A stretch of 64,000 nt of DNA from Blastocladiella emersonii ATCC 22665 (lineage: Eukaryota; Fungi; Blastocladiomycota), in assembly GCA_025594325.1 (NCBI GenBank), contig JANHCV010000005.1:1736001-1800000 (forward strand). The letters are read 5' to 3'. Each line of letters opens with the position of its first letter. Positions within the stretch are counted from its first letter, which is position 1. Shown here piece after piece: positions 48,050 to 59,579 of this stretch. The notes under the pieces were generated by a model. It searched no databases. It was not told where the DNA came from and was given only the letters and a program-made list of their open reading frames with translations. The position numbers and the translations under genes are program-made.

Positions 48050-49940
48050 CAGATCTGGAACTGGACGCGGTTGCCGCCCTCGGCCAGCTCGATCGCGTGC
48101 TTGGACACAGCGAGCTGCACCATCATCCACCCGCTCGCCGCTGCTGCACGAGACGGTCTCGTGTAAGCAAACGCCTTGAGCGAGTTGCTGCCCGCCACCG
48201 CGCCGACGAGGTACATGAGCCCGGACGGCGGCGACCGCACCTTGACCGCGGCCGCCAGGGTCCCCAAGCGCGGCGCTCACCACGCTGCGCCCGTCGGGCG
48301 TGTACGCGACCGCCGACTCGGGCGCGTTGCGCGGGTACGCGTCGCGGTGCGCATGTCTCACGCGACCACGCGGCCGTCGGTCCCGCCCGTCGCGAGTCGC
48401 TGCGCCGCCGCGTGGAACGCCACCACGGGGTACCGCCGCACCATCTCAAACAGCGTCGCCGTCGCCGTCGCCGGCTGCAGCGGCACGTCGCGCTGCACCG
48501 CGTGCGCCGGATCGAGCACCGCCACCACAGCCTCGGCGAGCCGCGGCGCGCTGCCTGACGTCGCCCGCGCCGCCGCCAGCTTGTGAACCAGGCACGACAC
48601 GAGCCGCAGCATCGTCGCCTTGTCGACGGCCACGACGCCCGCTGCTGCACCGGTACCCGCCGCACCCGCCGCGCTCGAGGGCAGGAGGAGCCCGGACGCC
48701 GCGTGGCTCGCGGTCCCGCTGCCTGCTGTCACCGCCGACAGACCGGCGAGACTGCCCGCGTTGCCAAAGGCGACCGCCGACAGGGCCGCGAGGATCGACT
48801 GGTTGGTCAGCGGCTGCCCGTGCTCGAGGTCCGTCGTGACCGTCTGCACGACCATGCGCAGGTTGTGCGTCGCGACGGCGAGGAGCGCCTGCCGTGACAT
48901 AGCGTCCACCGCAGTGCCCGGGTGCGCGCTGGACGAGGGGACCGGCGGGACCGGCGGTAGCTTGTGGTAGTCCTGCTGCTGTTGCGGCTGCTGCGAGTAC
49001 CCCCGCGTACGATACGGACGAGTTGGTATGGTGATGCCCGTGTCCGTGGTGGTGGTCCTGGACCGCGGCGGCCAGCAGGGGCAGCTGCACCCCGAGCGCG
49101 ACGAGTGTGCGGACCACGGCGGCACCGTGGACGTGCGGCTACCAGTGGGCGAACCCGCGGCCGAGGAGCTCGAGTGCGCTGATCCGGTACACGAAGATTA
49201 CACCGCCGCTGGCACCGGCTGACTCGCCCTGCGCGCCCACGGACGCGCCGCCCTGGTCGGCCATGAGCAGCGTCAGCGAGAGCGCCACTTCCTTGGTGAT
49301 ACCGATCGGCAGCAGGCCCGGCCGCTCGCACTCCATGACCCCGAGGACGATGGTCGCGCGAGCCATGGTCTAGGTTACGCCGCTGGCCGAGATCGCCGGA
49401 GCCAAGATCTGCGGCATTGACATGACCACGGTCCCGCCGGGCGACGATGCTGCGGATCCACCGCCCGTCGCTGCAGCCGCGGCAGCACCCGAAGTCAGCA
49501 GGTGCGACGCCCCGTACAGGACCACCTGATGGATCCGATCGGCGGACATGGCCGCGACAGCCCACTGGAACACGAGGCGGGCGCCGAGCTGGAGCGCCAG
49601 GAGCGAGCCGTTCCAGTAACGCGCGAGCGACGCGAGTAACGCGAGCGACGCGAGCGACGCGAAGCAGAACCCGTCACCAGCGCGCCTGGAAAGCCCCGCG
49701 AGGTACCGCGGAAGCACGACCTGTACGTTGGCGTTGGTGCGGGCCAGGTCGGCGTGCTTGACGAGCGCGCGGGCCACGAAGAACAGGGCGAGTAGCCGCG
49801 TCGCCGTGGCGGTCGGCGAGGTGATGAGTCCCTCGCGGTGCTGCAGCGCCATAAGCGACAAGTTCCCGCGGGTTCCGTGGATCTGAAACATGATGTGCGA
49901 CGGAGTTGCGTGGGGCGTGAGGGCGACGAGGTCATTGGTG
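48050..49940 (-). pseudogene. WDR7: C-terminal fragment of WDR7/rabconnectin-3 beta-like gene
   Basis: ATIVLGVM..LLGRGFAHW*PHV and LFEMVRRYPVVAFHAAAQRLATGGTDGRVVA*DMRTATR..AVAYTPDGRSVVS match the WDR7 C-terminus. It has three in-frame stops and several frameshifts; the 5' portion is absent. Confidence 0.72.
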
Positions 49941-52900
49941 GATCAGTCGCACGCGTGGTCGGGCAAAATGCGTTCCCAATACTCCTCGCGCTCACGGCGA
50001 AGGAATCGCAGGTGTACCTGGAGAAGGGTGAAAGCGAGTAGTAAGCTCGAGCGATTGTTCAGAAAAGCAACCCGCAAGTGGCCTAAGCGGCAAATGAGGC
50101 AGGCAAGGTGGTGGTCAGGGTCAGTCGCAATGATGACCAGCTCGGACGGCACGGTGCAAGAGCAGAGGGCGTGGACCGCATCGCGAACCAGAGTTCCGGC
50201 GCATAGGCCAAGCTGAACCTACGCTGCGCATATTTCGAGGTGATCGAGACCAGCCCGTCCGGTTTGCGGACCGAGTCCGTTGAAGGAGACGCGGCGAGGC
50301 CAACCGGTACATTCGATGTTGCCATGAAGAAACCGCGACAAGCGAGAAAGTGGACATGAAAACGTTTGACTCGGCCCAAGCTGGCCGCATCCCCCGTGGA
50401 ATGATCTAGATTGGTCTTGACGGTTGCCTTAAAATCGTTGAAGGTGTCCTTGCGTGTAGGGTGGAAGCGCCGAAGCCCAGCGCCGCGAAAGCTCGCGCCC
50501 GTCCCTCTGCTGCGAGGTTGAGCGGGACAAGATCGTCCGAACGCGACATGCGTCAAAGCAACTGTAAGGTAACCGAAGCTGCCCGGTGGAAGCAACGGTC
50601 AAGGAGAAATAGCCCGGTACAAAGTGGTTGATTTGTGAGCCGATCCGTTTAGAGTTCACGGGCTTGGAAACCGTACCAGATTGGTCGAGCCGCTTGTAGA
50701 AGATGCCGATCCAGTCAGTGACGTCGTCCTCAGGCGCGCGGAGGCCTTGCGGGATGAGAAGCGGTCGGCGCTGCGCGGCAAGGCAAGACACCTCACCAAA
50801 CGAGAACCACCTACCGGTTGCAGCGCGCTCAACAAGCATGCGAGCCGCCATGTACTTGAGCAAAGGTTGCTGACTTGTAGAAGGTAGAAGTGCGGGCATC
50901 GATCGGTAGCGGACATGACGGTCTAGTTCGGGTCAAGCAGCTCTCGCCATGCTCTAAGCAACACCCACACTCCCGCCCTTTGAGTGTGGGAAAAAGGACT
51001 GAGTTAAGCCGCGGATCATCGTCGCGGCCGTCGAAATCCAAGCCGGTCTTCGAGGTGGACTCGTGCACGGGGTCGACGGCAACGTAGGTCATGTCGGGCT
51101 CAGCCAACAGACAGGCCGACCTTCGGCGCATTTACGGTCGGGAACATAAGAGAGCTAGTGTAAATCTAGTTGCGACAAGTCGCGTTAATCCATTCGATGC
51201 ATAGAGGTGAGGGGGAGGAGAAGAAGCAGGGGCGCAACGGCAACGTCGATGTCTCGCAAGCCGCACGTGATGGACGCGTCGGCGTCTCACACCGCTCCGA
51301 CGCGCTCGCGAAGCCTCAAGAGAGCGCCCGAACGCAGACACGAATAAGAGTAGCAACACATGTTCCGACCTGAGACGGGAACGAAGTTAGCCACGACCGA
51401 CCGGCGGCGACCCACCGATCGATCAGGCACCGCGAAATAAAGTAGCAACGCACAATCATCCCGCGCGCGAACGCACGGGACGAGAGGAACGCTGCACATG
51501 CGGAGCATGTGCGTCAATCTCGTCTGCACATGGTGCAAACCCCTTGCAAGGGCACGACGTGGCGGTCATCGACATGAGGCGCGCGAGGATGGGCGGTGGA
51601 GTGCGAATGGGGAGGGCGAGCGAGGGCGGGAGTACGGGAGAAAGCGTACCGAGGGTAATCGAACGGCGGCACCGAGATCCCCGAGCAGCTTGACGATCTC
51701 GAGTGTCGAGTGTCGGGAGGTCGAGTGGTCGAGAGTCGCGGTCGAAGCCGTACCTTGACGAGGAGCTGGTGGTCGATGAGGATGATGAAAAGTAGTAGTG
51801 AGAGGCTTCGCGCTGCACGAGTCCCACCTCCCTGCGTCCTTGCGTCCTACAGACGTCCCGCCCGAGGATAACGGTCCGCTGCCGTGGCTCCGGTTTTCAG
51901 TGGGCCAACACCGACTGGTTCCACGTAGCCACGACGGATAGCGCAGGGGAGGGGGGAACACGAAACAGCGCCTTCCGCAGGCACCCGGTCGCGCTCAGGG
52001 GAGCGGAGGGTAGAAGGCCATACACGGGAGCGCGAGATTGGTGCGACTCGTGTTGATCTCGGTCTGGTCCTAGTCCGGGCCGCGCGCCGTGCGCCGCACC
52101 CCGCGTCCGTCCGCCCACTCACCCATCATCCACGGGCGCGACGAACACGGGGACGACGACGGCAGCGACGACCCAGACTACCGTCCACTTCGCTACGATC
52201 CGGCGTCACCGTCCGTATAGGCATTTGCCCCACGGGTGATCGTGTTGGACGAGAGTGGACAGCATCGGCGACTACCGCGGCACTCACCACAATGGCCCGG
52301 CCGTGAGCGCCCGGACGGGACGTGTACTTGAGTGCTCGAGAGGATCTCGGGGTGTGTCGATACATGGTTCCATGGTGCCTACACGGCGGGCGAGGCGGCG
52401 GGCGAGGCGAGAGCGCGTGGTGGTGGGTCAAGGGAGGGGGGCGATGCGTTCGTGTTCGGAGAGCCAGAGGGTGAGCGGGGATCTTGCCCGGTTTTATAGG
52501 TCCGGGCACGCGAGGGAGCGTGGCGGTGGCTGAGCGTGGCGGTGGCGCGGCGCGCGACGCGTCCCGCGAGCAACAATGCTCCGCGGGCATTGCGGCCAGA
52601 CGTATCAGGCTTGGCTCTCCCACCGCTCATGCGCCATCCCTTGTCAGCAATGCACGGCGGGACCGTTTGCGCGCACCGAGGCCGAGGGAGACGGCGTGGG
52701 CCGCGCGGTGGGAGGAGCGTGACACACGATGAGCACGGCGAGCGCCAAGACCGCGGCGCTGTGGCCAGACTCTGTGCAACCAGCAAAACTCTGCATCGAG
52801 AGCGCCAGGAAGGTTGCCCGAACACGCGGTTGTCGCCCACCGCGTCGTCGTGCATGCGTGCCACGTCACAGGTGCTGTTCCGCCGGATCCCTCGGAGCGC

Positions 52901-53099
52901 CAAGATTGATGCTCCCGCGTGCCGAAAGTTGCGCGAAGTGGGCGCCTCGGTCTTTCACAGGTGGCGGTGAAGAGGGGACGCGTCGCGGGTCACGCGTCGT
53001 GGTGCGAGACGCGTTTTATTTGCTTCACGATTCCTGGAGACACTCACCGCTGGAGCGCGTTTGCATTCCCTGATCCCTCAACCGCTCAGTTCAAGTTGG

Positions 53100-55726
53100 C
53101 CACAGTCATCGAGAACGTGTTCCGTAACGATCTCGCCAACGCACGACGTGTATTGATTGAACGCAGGCGTCAACACGCACTCGCTCACCAGGTCCCGGTG
53201 CGCGATCCCGGAACCGCCTCCATAAACTTACGTGCGTCGACGAGTCGCGGCGCAACGCGGCGCACGTCGTGCAAGATTTGGTTGAGCGAAGCCCTGGACC
53301 CACAGCGTTGAAAATGGACAAAGCGGCCCAAGTCCCGCGCGCGGACGACGTTGTCGATGGCAGCGGTTGGGAGGAGCGCCCAAACCTCGTCCGAGCTGTT
53401 TTGCTTGAGGAAGCTATCGGTCGCGAGCGCCGGGTCTGCTTCGAAGCACGCGTGATCGACCATCTGGCGAGCCTCAGAGACCGAGCTGTCGCAGCTCCCA
53501 GCCCGGCAAGATGCAAACTTGACTTTGACGCCTATGCTGAGACAAGTCCAGATTTGCCCGCCCGGGTTGCGTAAGCAATGAAGAAGAGCATCGGGAAACG
53601 CCTCAAAGACCAGCGCAAGCGCGCTGCAGAACAGCTGCTGGCCGGCAAGAGGGCACCCCATACAGATGTTGAGATCAGGCATGCCGGGTGTTACCAAAGA
53701 ACACGGGGCCGGCCGCAGGACTTATTCGATCATGATCCACATGACCAAAGTCTGAAACGACAGCTCCGAATCGTGTCAAACGCGCGGCTGCGATTTTCAG
53801 AGTCAGCAAGCGCGGCCATGACCAAGTAAGCGAGGATCGGACCCGCTAACACGTCACGACCTTTTCTGTCGAACTGGTCGTAGTGCGGAACAAGCAGCGC
53901 AAGGAGGTGCACGGGATCCAGGACAAGTTCCCCGTGCAGCAGGTTGGGCAAGACAAGATTCGCATACAAACCGACGGAAGCTGAAGAGCGCCGTGGGGAA
54001 ACGGCGTTCTAGGCAGGAAGCCCGTGTACGTAGACTGGTACAACTAGTGATAACGGAACGTGAGCTTCGATTACAGAGGAATGAGGGGAACAAAACGAGG
54101 GGGAAACAAGAGGGAAAGGAAAGGTAAAGGGGCCGCACTAACCTAGTGATAACGGAACGTGAGCTTAAAGAGAGCTCACGTCCGCGGCGGGGGCGCGGCC
54201 GCCTTTTGAGGGCGACGGAGAAATGGGCGGCAAGTCACCGGCGACGGTCGGGCGCGGACGGCCGTGTCCGCGGCGTTGGGGATCACGCGGAGATCAGCGG
54301 CGCGCGCGCGCGTAGGTCGAGCTTCACGCGCGTCGCGCGACAAAGCTTGAATCAGGTCGGACAAGTCAATCGCGGGCGTGATGTCGATCTCCAGCGCAAA
54401 CTTGGCAACACGCTGAGCGGACGCAAACTGTTGAACTTCTTCGTTACCCGGTTGTTGTTTTGGTCGCTCTTGAGAGCAACTCACACAAAAACCTGCAACC
54501 TCTGTACTCCAGCCAGCTGTTTGTGGACGGAACGCTCCGGAAAAGTGGCGGTACGAGCCATCAAGAACGAGCTGCCTCCACTTCTCCAGTGAGCGGACGC
54601 GCAGAGCGATTGTAAACTCGGTGTCGCCCCGCGTCACGGCGGTGGCGAGTGCAAAGGGCCACGGAGCGCGGTCCATGACTCCACACGACTCCGAAAGCTC
54701 GAGGATTGGCACTGAGACGCGCCCGAAAATCAACTTCTTCAAGCTTTGGCGAAGCTCCTTGCCAATTGCCGAGTCCAGCAGCGGCGATTCCAAACCCAAC
54801 TTTTTCTTGACGCGACAAGGAAGCCGCTCGATAAGCGGGCGGAAGAACTGCGGGCCCGACTCGACAGCAAAGTTCAGATAGCGCGCGCGAACAGGTGCCG
54901 GCATGTTGGCGGCGCGCGCTAGTGCGAACGCGAGTACGTCGACGATCCGGGCGTCAAACTGGGAGTTCTCAAGCGCAGCGGCGCGGAAGCAGGCCGTGAT
55001 GAGCCGCGCCGGGAAATTGGCGGCCAGGATGGCGGCGATACGCGCCTCGTTTATCTGGAAATCGCGATTGCCCAGGAGAGACTCGAGCACGGCGGTACTC
55101 GCAAACATGCAAGCGCGGAAGGCGAGAAACTCGGTGAGCGACATTGGGTCCCGGTACGCGTCGGTTGAGCTGTGACGCACGAAGCTGTATCGAGCGGACT
55201 CCTTTTTGTCGACGTGAAGCCAGCACGCGATGTCAATACGCGTGTTGAAGAGCTGCGGCCGGACCGTCCAGGCGCGGTCAAGGAGACGCATCGGGAGAGC
55301 TTTGCAGTTGAGCGCCATGGCCAGGCAGAGCAGTCGGATAAACGCGACAAGCGCCCGTCCCGAACAGATCTGTACCAACTTAACAACATGACTCGCGAGA
55401 ACCACTCCGACGTTGGACTCGTCGGTCGGGTCGATTCGGCGGAGCAGCAGAATCCCGAAGTGCGCCACGAAAAGTTCGCGAGCTGGCTCGACGTGGTTCG
55501 CGGTCCGCAGGATGCAGCAGACGTCAAACTTGCTGGGGCCGTCAGCTGCTGCAAGACACTTTGTGGCCAAGGCGCGGGCCCAAGAGGTGCGGGTGCACCG
55601 GTCGCGAACTGCCGCGAAAAGGACCGATGAAGAGGCAGGAAGGGCCGGCCGCGGCGTCGTCAACTGGAGGACGCGGGTGTCGAGCTCGACGGGCAATGCA
55701 GCAAGTGACAAGTTCATGTGCTCCAT
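53100..55726 (-). pseudogene. Third F-box-like paralog, interrupted by the ~295-bp element and frameshifted downstream
   Basis: N-terminus LSLAALPVELDTRVLQL. Downstream PNLLHGELVLDPVHLLALL aligns with GPLLGGTMLVDPLDLLAIT in 17654-18724. The frame rejoins across the insertion (IQA|LYQS). Confidence 0.6.
54044..54339 (-). mobile_element. ~295-bp non-autonomous element, copy 2, with Helitron-like hairpin + CTAG end
   Basis: On the minus strand, hairpin 54157-54181 is followed 10 nt later by CTAG, and a second partial copy of that end finishes in CTAG|T at 54044. Flanked by ACAA on both sides. Confidence 0.75.
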
Positions 55727-55917
55727 GTTGATGCATTGCTGTGGAGGAGAGATGAGCGAGAAAGATCGGCAGCGGGAGGAACGCCAGAACGCGAGAATGG
55801 AACGGCATCAGATGACGCACGCGTCAAAGCTCGCAGGGTCGCGCCACGCCACACGAGCTGGCCCGGCGACTGCCGCCCCTCCTCCCCTTCCTCTCGACCC
55901 CACCCGCTTTCGTCGTC

Positions 55918-57738
55918 ATGGAACTTGCCGCAATCGTTCGGAGACCCGATCTCGCACCTGCCGACGAGCCCGCCCTGGCAACAGCTGCGGGCAAAGTGCT
56001 CGCCGCGGGTACCGTCGCCGTGTCGCGCGATGGGTTTTCGGGTCTGTCCTGACACCAACGTGTCTAGGTAACCTGAGCGGTTGGACGGCGGAAGACACGA
56101 CTAGACTCCTCAATGCAGCGAGTCTGCGCCATTCATGGAGCACAGCAAGTACGCCATGACGGGCAACGCTGCGTCTATTGCAAGTCAACTCACGCGGGTC
56201 CCGTGTAGCCCGGACCGCACTTCTCACTGCGCTGAAGCTGGCCGCCCGTGAGACGCAGCTCGGCGCGCCGCTGTACGCGTCCGAGGTACGGATCCCGCCG
56301 CTGCGCGCCGAAAGTCGGATCTAATCCTCGACTCGTAGGGCTTCCACGCGCTCGCCGTTCTGGCCGGCCTGTCCGACGACGGCGCCGACTCGCCGCGACC
56401 CGACGCTGCGTGCGCGAACGAGGCGCTCAAGATCAACAGCAACCTGCTGCTGCTCAACCGCCAGGCCGCCATGAACGTGTTTGCCCACGAGCAGTGTCTC
56501 CCGCGGCTGATCGAGATGAGCAAGGTACGGATCTCCGGGCGGTGGATGGCGATTCTTCGGCTTACGTGCGCCCGTCGTCTAGTCCGAATCCGCGTCGCTC
56601 GAGACCACATTCCTCGTCTTCCGCGTCATGTTCCTGGTCACCGCATCGCCGGACCACGTCGAGACCATCACCAAGGCCGGCGTCGACCACTACGCGTCGG
56701 TACGCCCGCCCGTTCCAGCCGGAACCCAAGCCCCGCTCACACTTAGCACCCGTGTAGACCATCGACCGCATCCTCGCCGCGCCCGACTCCCCGCCGCCCT
56801 TCACCCGCGCCGCGACCGTGTCCGAGGTCCTCAAGACCATCTTCAACCTGCAGTCCTTCACGGGCGCCGACCACGACACGCCCTCCCCCATCTTCCCCGC
56901 CGCCACGATGCGCGCCGCCGCGCGCGTCCTGACCGCGTTCCCGCTCGCGACCCCGAACCCGCTCGCCCCGCCGCACTCGCACGCCGTGCACGTGCTCATG
57001 TGCGGTCCCGCCGGGTGGTGCACGCCGGCACTCGTGCGCGTGCTCGCCAAGGATATTCTGGAAGTCGAGCTCGCCTTGCTGTTCCCGCTGGTCCGCGGCA
57101 ACGACAGCAAGGTCGTCCGCGACGACAGCGTGGCGAGTCCGGACGAGCGCGTCCCGCCGCTCATGCACCTCCTCGCGCAGGTGTACGAGCGCGAGCCTGC
57201 GGCGGGGTCGGACGTGCGGCGCGCGGTTGTGGATGCGCTGACGCCGGCGGACCTGGATCGGAGCAAGTCAGCGGAGCAGGGGCGCAGCGTCACGCACTTT
57301 TTGATCCGGCTGCTCACCAACGTCGAGTTCCCGCGGATCCGCGAGGCCACCGAGACGCTGTTGTTTGCCGTGTGCGACAAGGACGGTACGTTTTTTTCCG
57401 CACTCTGCTCGCCCCCATCTCTCACTGACCCTCGCGACGCGTGTGTAGCCTCCAAGATGGTCGCGTACACGGGCCTCGGCCCCGCGGCGGGCTTCCTCGT
57501 GAACCGCGGCCTGCTGACGCCCGACGTGCTCAAGGGCCACGGGCGCGACCCGGCCGTGAACCCGATCACGGGGCAGACGGAGCGCGAGGCCATGGCCGAG
57601 GCGTGGAACCAGATGACGGACGAGGAAAAGGAGGCCGAGGCCGAGAAGCTGTTCGTCACGTTCGAGCGGCTCAACAAGCTCGGCGTCATCAAGGCCGTGG
57701 ATCCGACGACGGGGAAGGAGTTTGCGCGGCCCAGCTGA
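55918..57738 (+). CDS. RIC8: Ric8/synembryn G-alpha guanine-nucleotide exchange factor, 7 exons
   Basis: Spliced ALLTALKLAARE, LKINSNLLLL, YTGLGPAAGFL, VNPITGQ..MTDEEKEAEAEKLFVTFERLNKLGVI. Six GTAC..AG introns. Confidence 0.85.
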
Positions 57739-57870
57739 TCAGGTGCCGCGCTTGCTGCGCCACCATGGTTTCTCCAAGGCGAGGTTGAGTGGGCGCTAAT
57801 AAATGGAAAGTGTATTACATCTGATGGTTATCTGGGCGTACTGAGCGCGCCCTCACACGTGCGGGACTAT

Positions 57871-59465
57871 TTACAGGGTCGTCGAGCTGGTCGCAGCGAG
57901 CTTCTCGGCGCGCGACAGGAAAAAGTAGGGCACGAGGCCGAGCGCCATGCACGCCCACGCGAGGGACGAGGACAGCACCATGGACTCCTGGAAGTACGGG
58001 AACACGACGAGGAACAGCGACACGACGATCATGATCATGGGCGAGAGCGCCGAGACCTGGAACCCCTCGAACTTGGTGTCGCGCTTGAACACACTGCCAG
58101 TCGCGCGGTGCTTGATGACCAGCAGGCCGAGCGCCGTCAGCCCGTAGAAGAGCCAGATCGGGTAGCTGACGAGGTCGATGATGAACCAGAACGTGTCGCC
58201 CTGCGGGATCAGCAGCAGCAGCATCGACATGACAAAGTTGAACAGCAGCGCGTTGATGGGCGTCCCGAACCGCGTGTTGACGTTGGAGAAGAAGCGCGTC
58301 GGCATCATGAGCCCCGACTCGCCCGTCGCCTGCGCGACGCGGGAGGCGGTGAAGAGCGTCACGAAGCAGCACGAGCACACGCACAGGAAGATGAGCATCG
58401 TGACGACCGTCTGGCCCGTGGCCCCGAAGATGTTGGTCGCCCACTGCGCGGCGATGCCCGTGCCGAGCGTCGAGATGTCGGCGTAGCTGAGGACCACAAG
58501 GTACGACACGTTGGCGAGGAGGTACAACCCGCAAACGGTGCTGATGCCAATGATGGTCGACCGGCTGACGTTGCGCTCGGGGTCCTTGAGCTCGCTGAGC
58601 GAGGTGGCCAGCGACGCGAACCCGTCGTACGCCCACAGCACCTTGTACAGGGCCGAGGCCCAGTCGCCCGGGTTGGTCGTGGTGCCGGCGAACAGGTGCG
58701 CGGCCGAGAAGTTGTCGAGCTGGCGCACGCTGGGCGCGACGCCGAACAAGATGAACAGACCGACGCCCGAGAAGGCGAGCAGGCACAGCACGGCGACGGC
58801 CGTCACGAACGTGATGAAGGTGCCCGCCACGTTGTTGGACGGGATGCACGCAGCGGTCTGGATGACCAGGATCACGGCGCCGATCAGCTTGGCGTAGAAC
58901 TCGCCGCCAGCAACGGCCGGGTCCTCGGGGAACGCGGCGGGGAACGCGGACGCGAGGTACGACCCCGCGACCACCGCCAAACTCGCGTTGTAGCCCGGAT
59001 TGATGAGGAAAATACGCGTCCACGAGTACATGGTGGCGAGGAAGCGCTTGGGCGTGCGGAAGGCGGCGTCGAGGAAGGGTGCGTCGCCGCCCGAGGCCGT
59101 GATGCGCGAGCCCAACTCGGCGTAGTTGAGCGCACCCGTGAAGGCGACAAGCGCGCCGACCACCCACATGATCATGGCGGGCCCGACGGCGCCCATGGTG
59201 CCCACGACCTTGCCCGGGTTCGAGAAGATGCCCGACCCGATCATGCCGCTACACGGTTGGGGGTGGGTGGGATCAGCGACGGGTCGCGGCGTCGAGTGGA
59301 GCACAAGTCAGCGTACCCAGCGATGAGGGCAGCGCCCTGCACCATGCCGAGGGACTTGCCAAGGGCGCCCTTCTCGAGCACGCTCTCGCACTTGACCTGG
59401 TTCTCGCCGAGGACGCGCGGGCCCAGCAGCGGCGTCTCGGTGGCCGTCGGTGAGGAGGAATGCAT
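57871..59465 (-). CDS. APC-superfamily amino-acid permease (LAT/Mup1-like), intron 59249-59316
   Basis: G|GMIGSGIFSNP, ALNYAELGS..SGGD, LWAYDGF, ELKDPERNV, NTRFGTPINAL; about 12 TM segments. Confidence 0.9.
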
Positions 59466-59572
59466 GGTGGCGACGGCTGGCTGGCTGGGGGCGCACGGCG
59501 CGTGTGGGGAGGGATGTGTGCAAGTGTGCGAACCGAGGGACCAGAGAGAAGGGACCCGCGCGCCCGCCCGTC

Positions 59573-59579
59573 TTTTATA
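59573..59579 (-). promoter_or_regulatory. Putative TATA box of the permease
   Basis: TATAAAA about 110 nt upstream of the ATG in GC-rich context. Confidence 0.4.

Noticed and set aside
46751-48360. TGA reassigned to Trp or selenocysteine
   Set aside because: Intact genes (RhoGAP, Ric8) end in TGA, and the same pseudogenes also contain TAG/TAA stops and frameshifts.
49950-51130. Decayed protease- or effector-like gene
   Set aside because: Several short minus-strand ORFs look coding-like, but no diagnostic motif could be supported.
17100-55900. Island as a Starship-type giant transposon
   Set aside because: No tyrosine-recombinase (captain) gene was recognised at either end, and no bounding direct repeats were found by eye.
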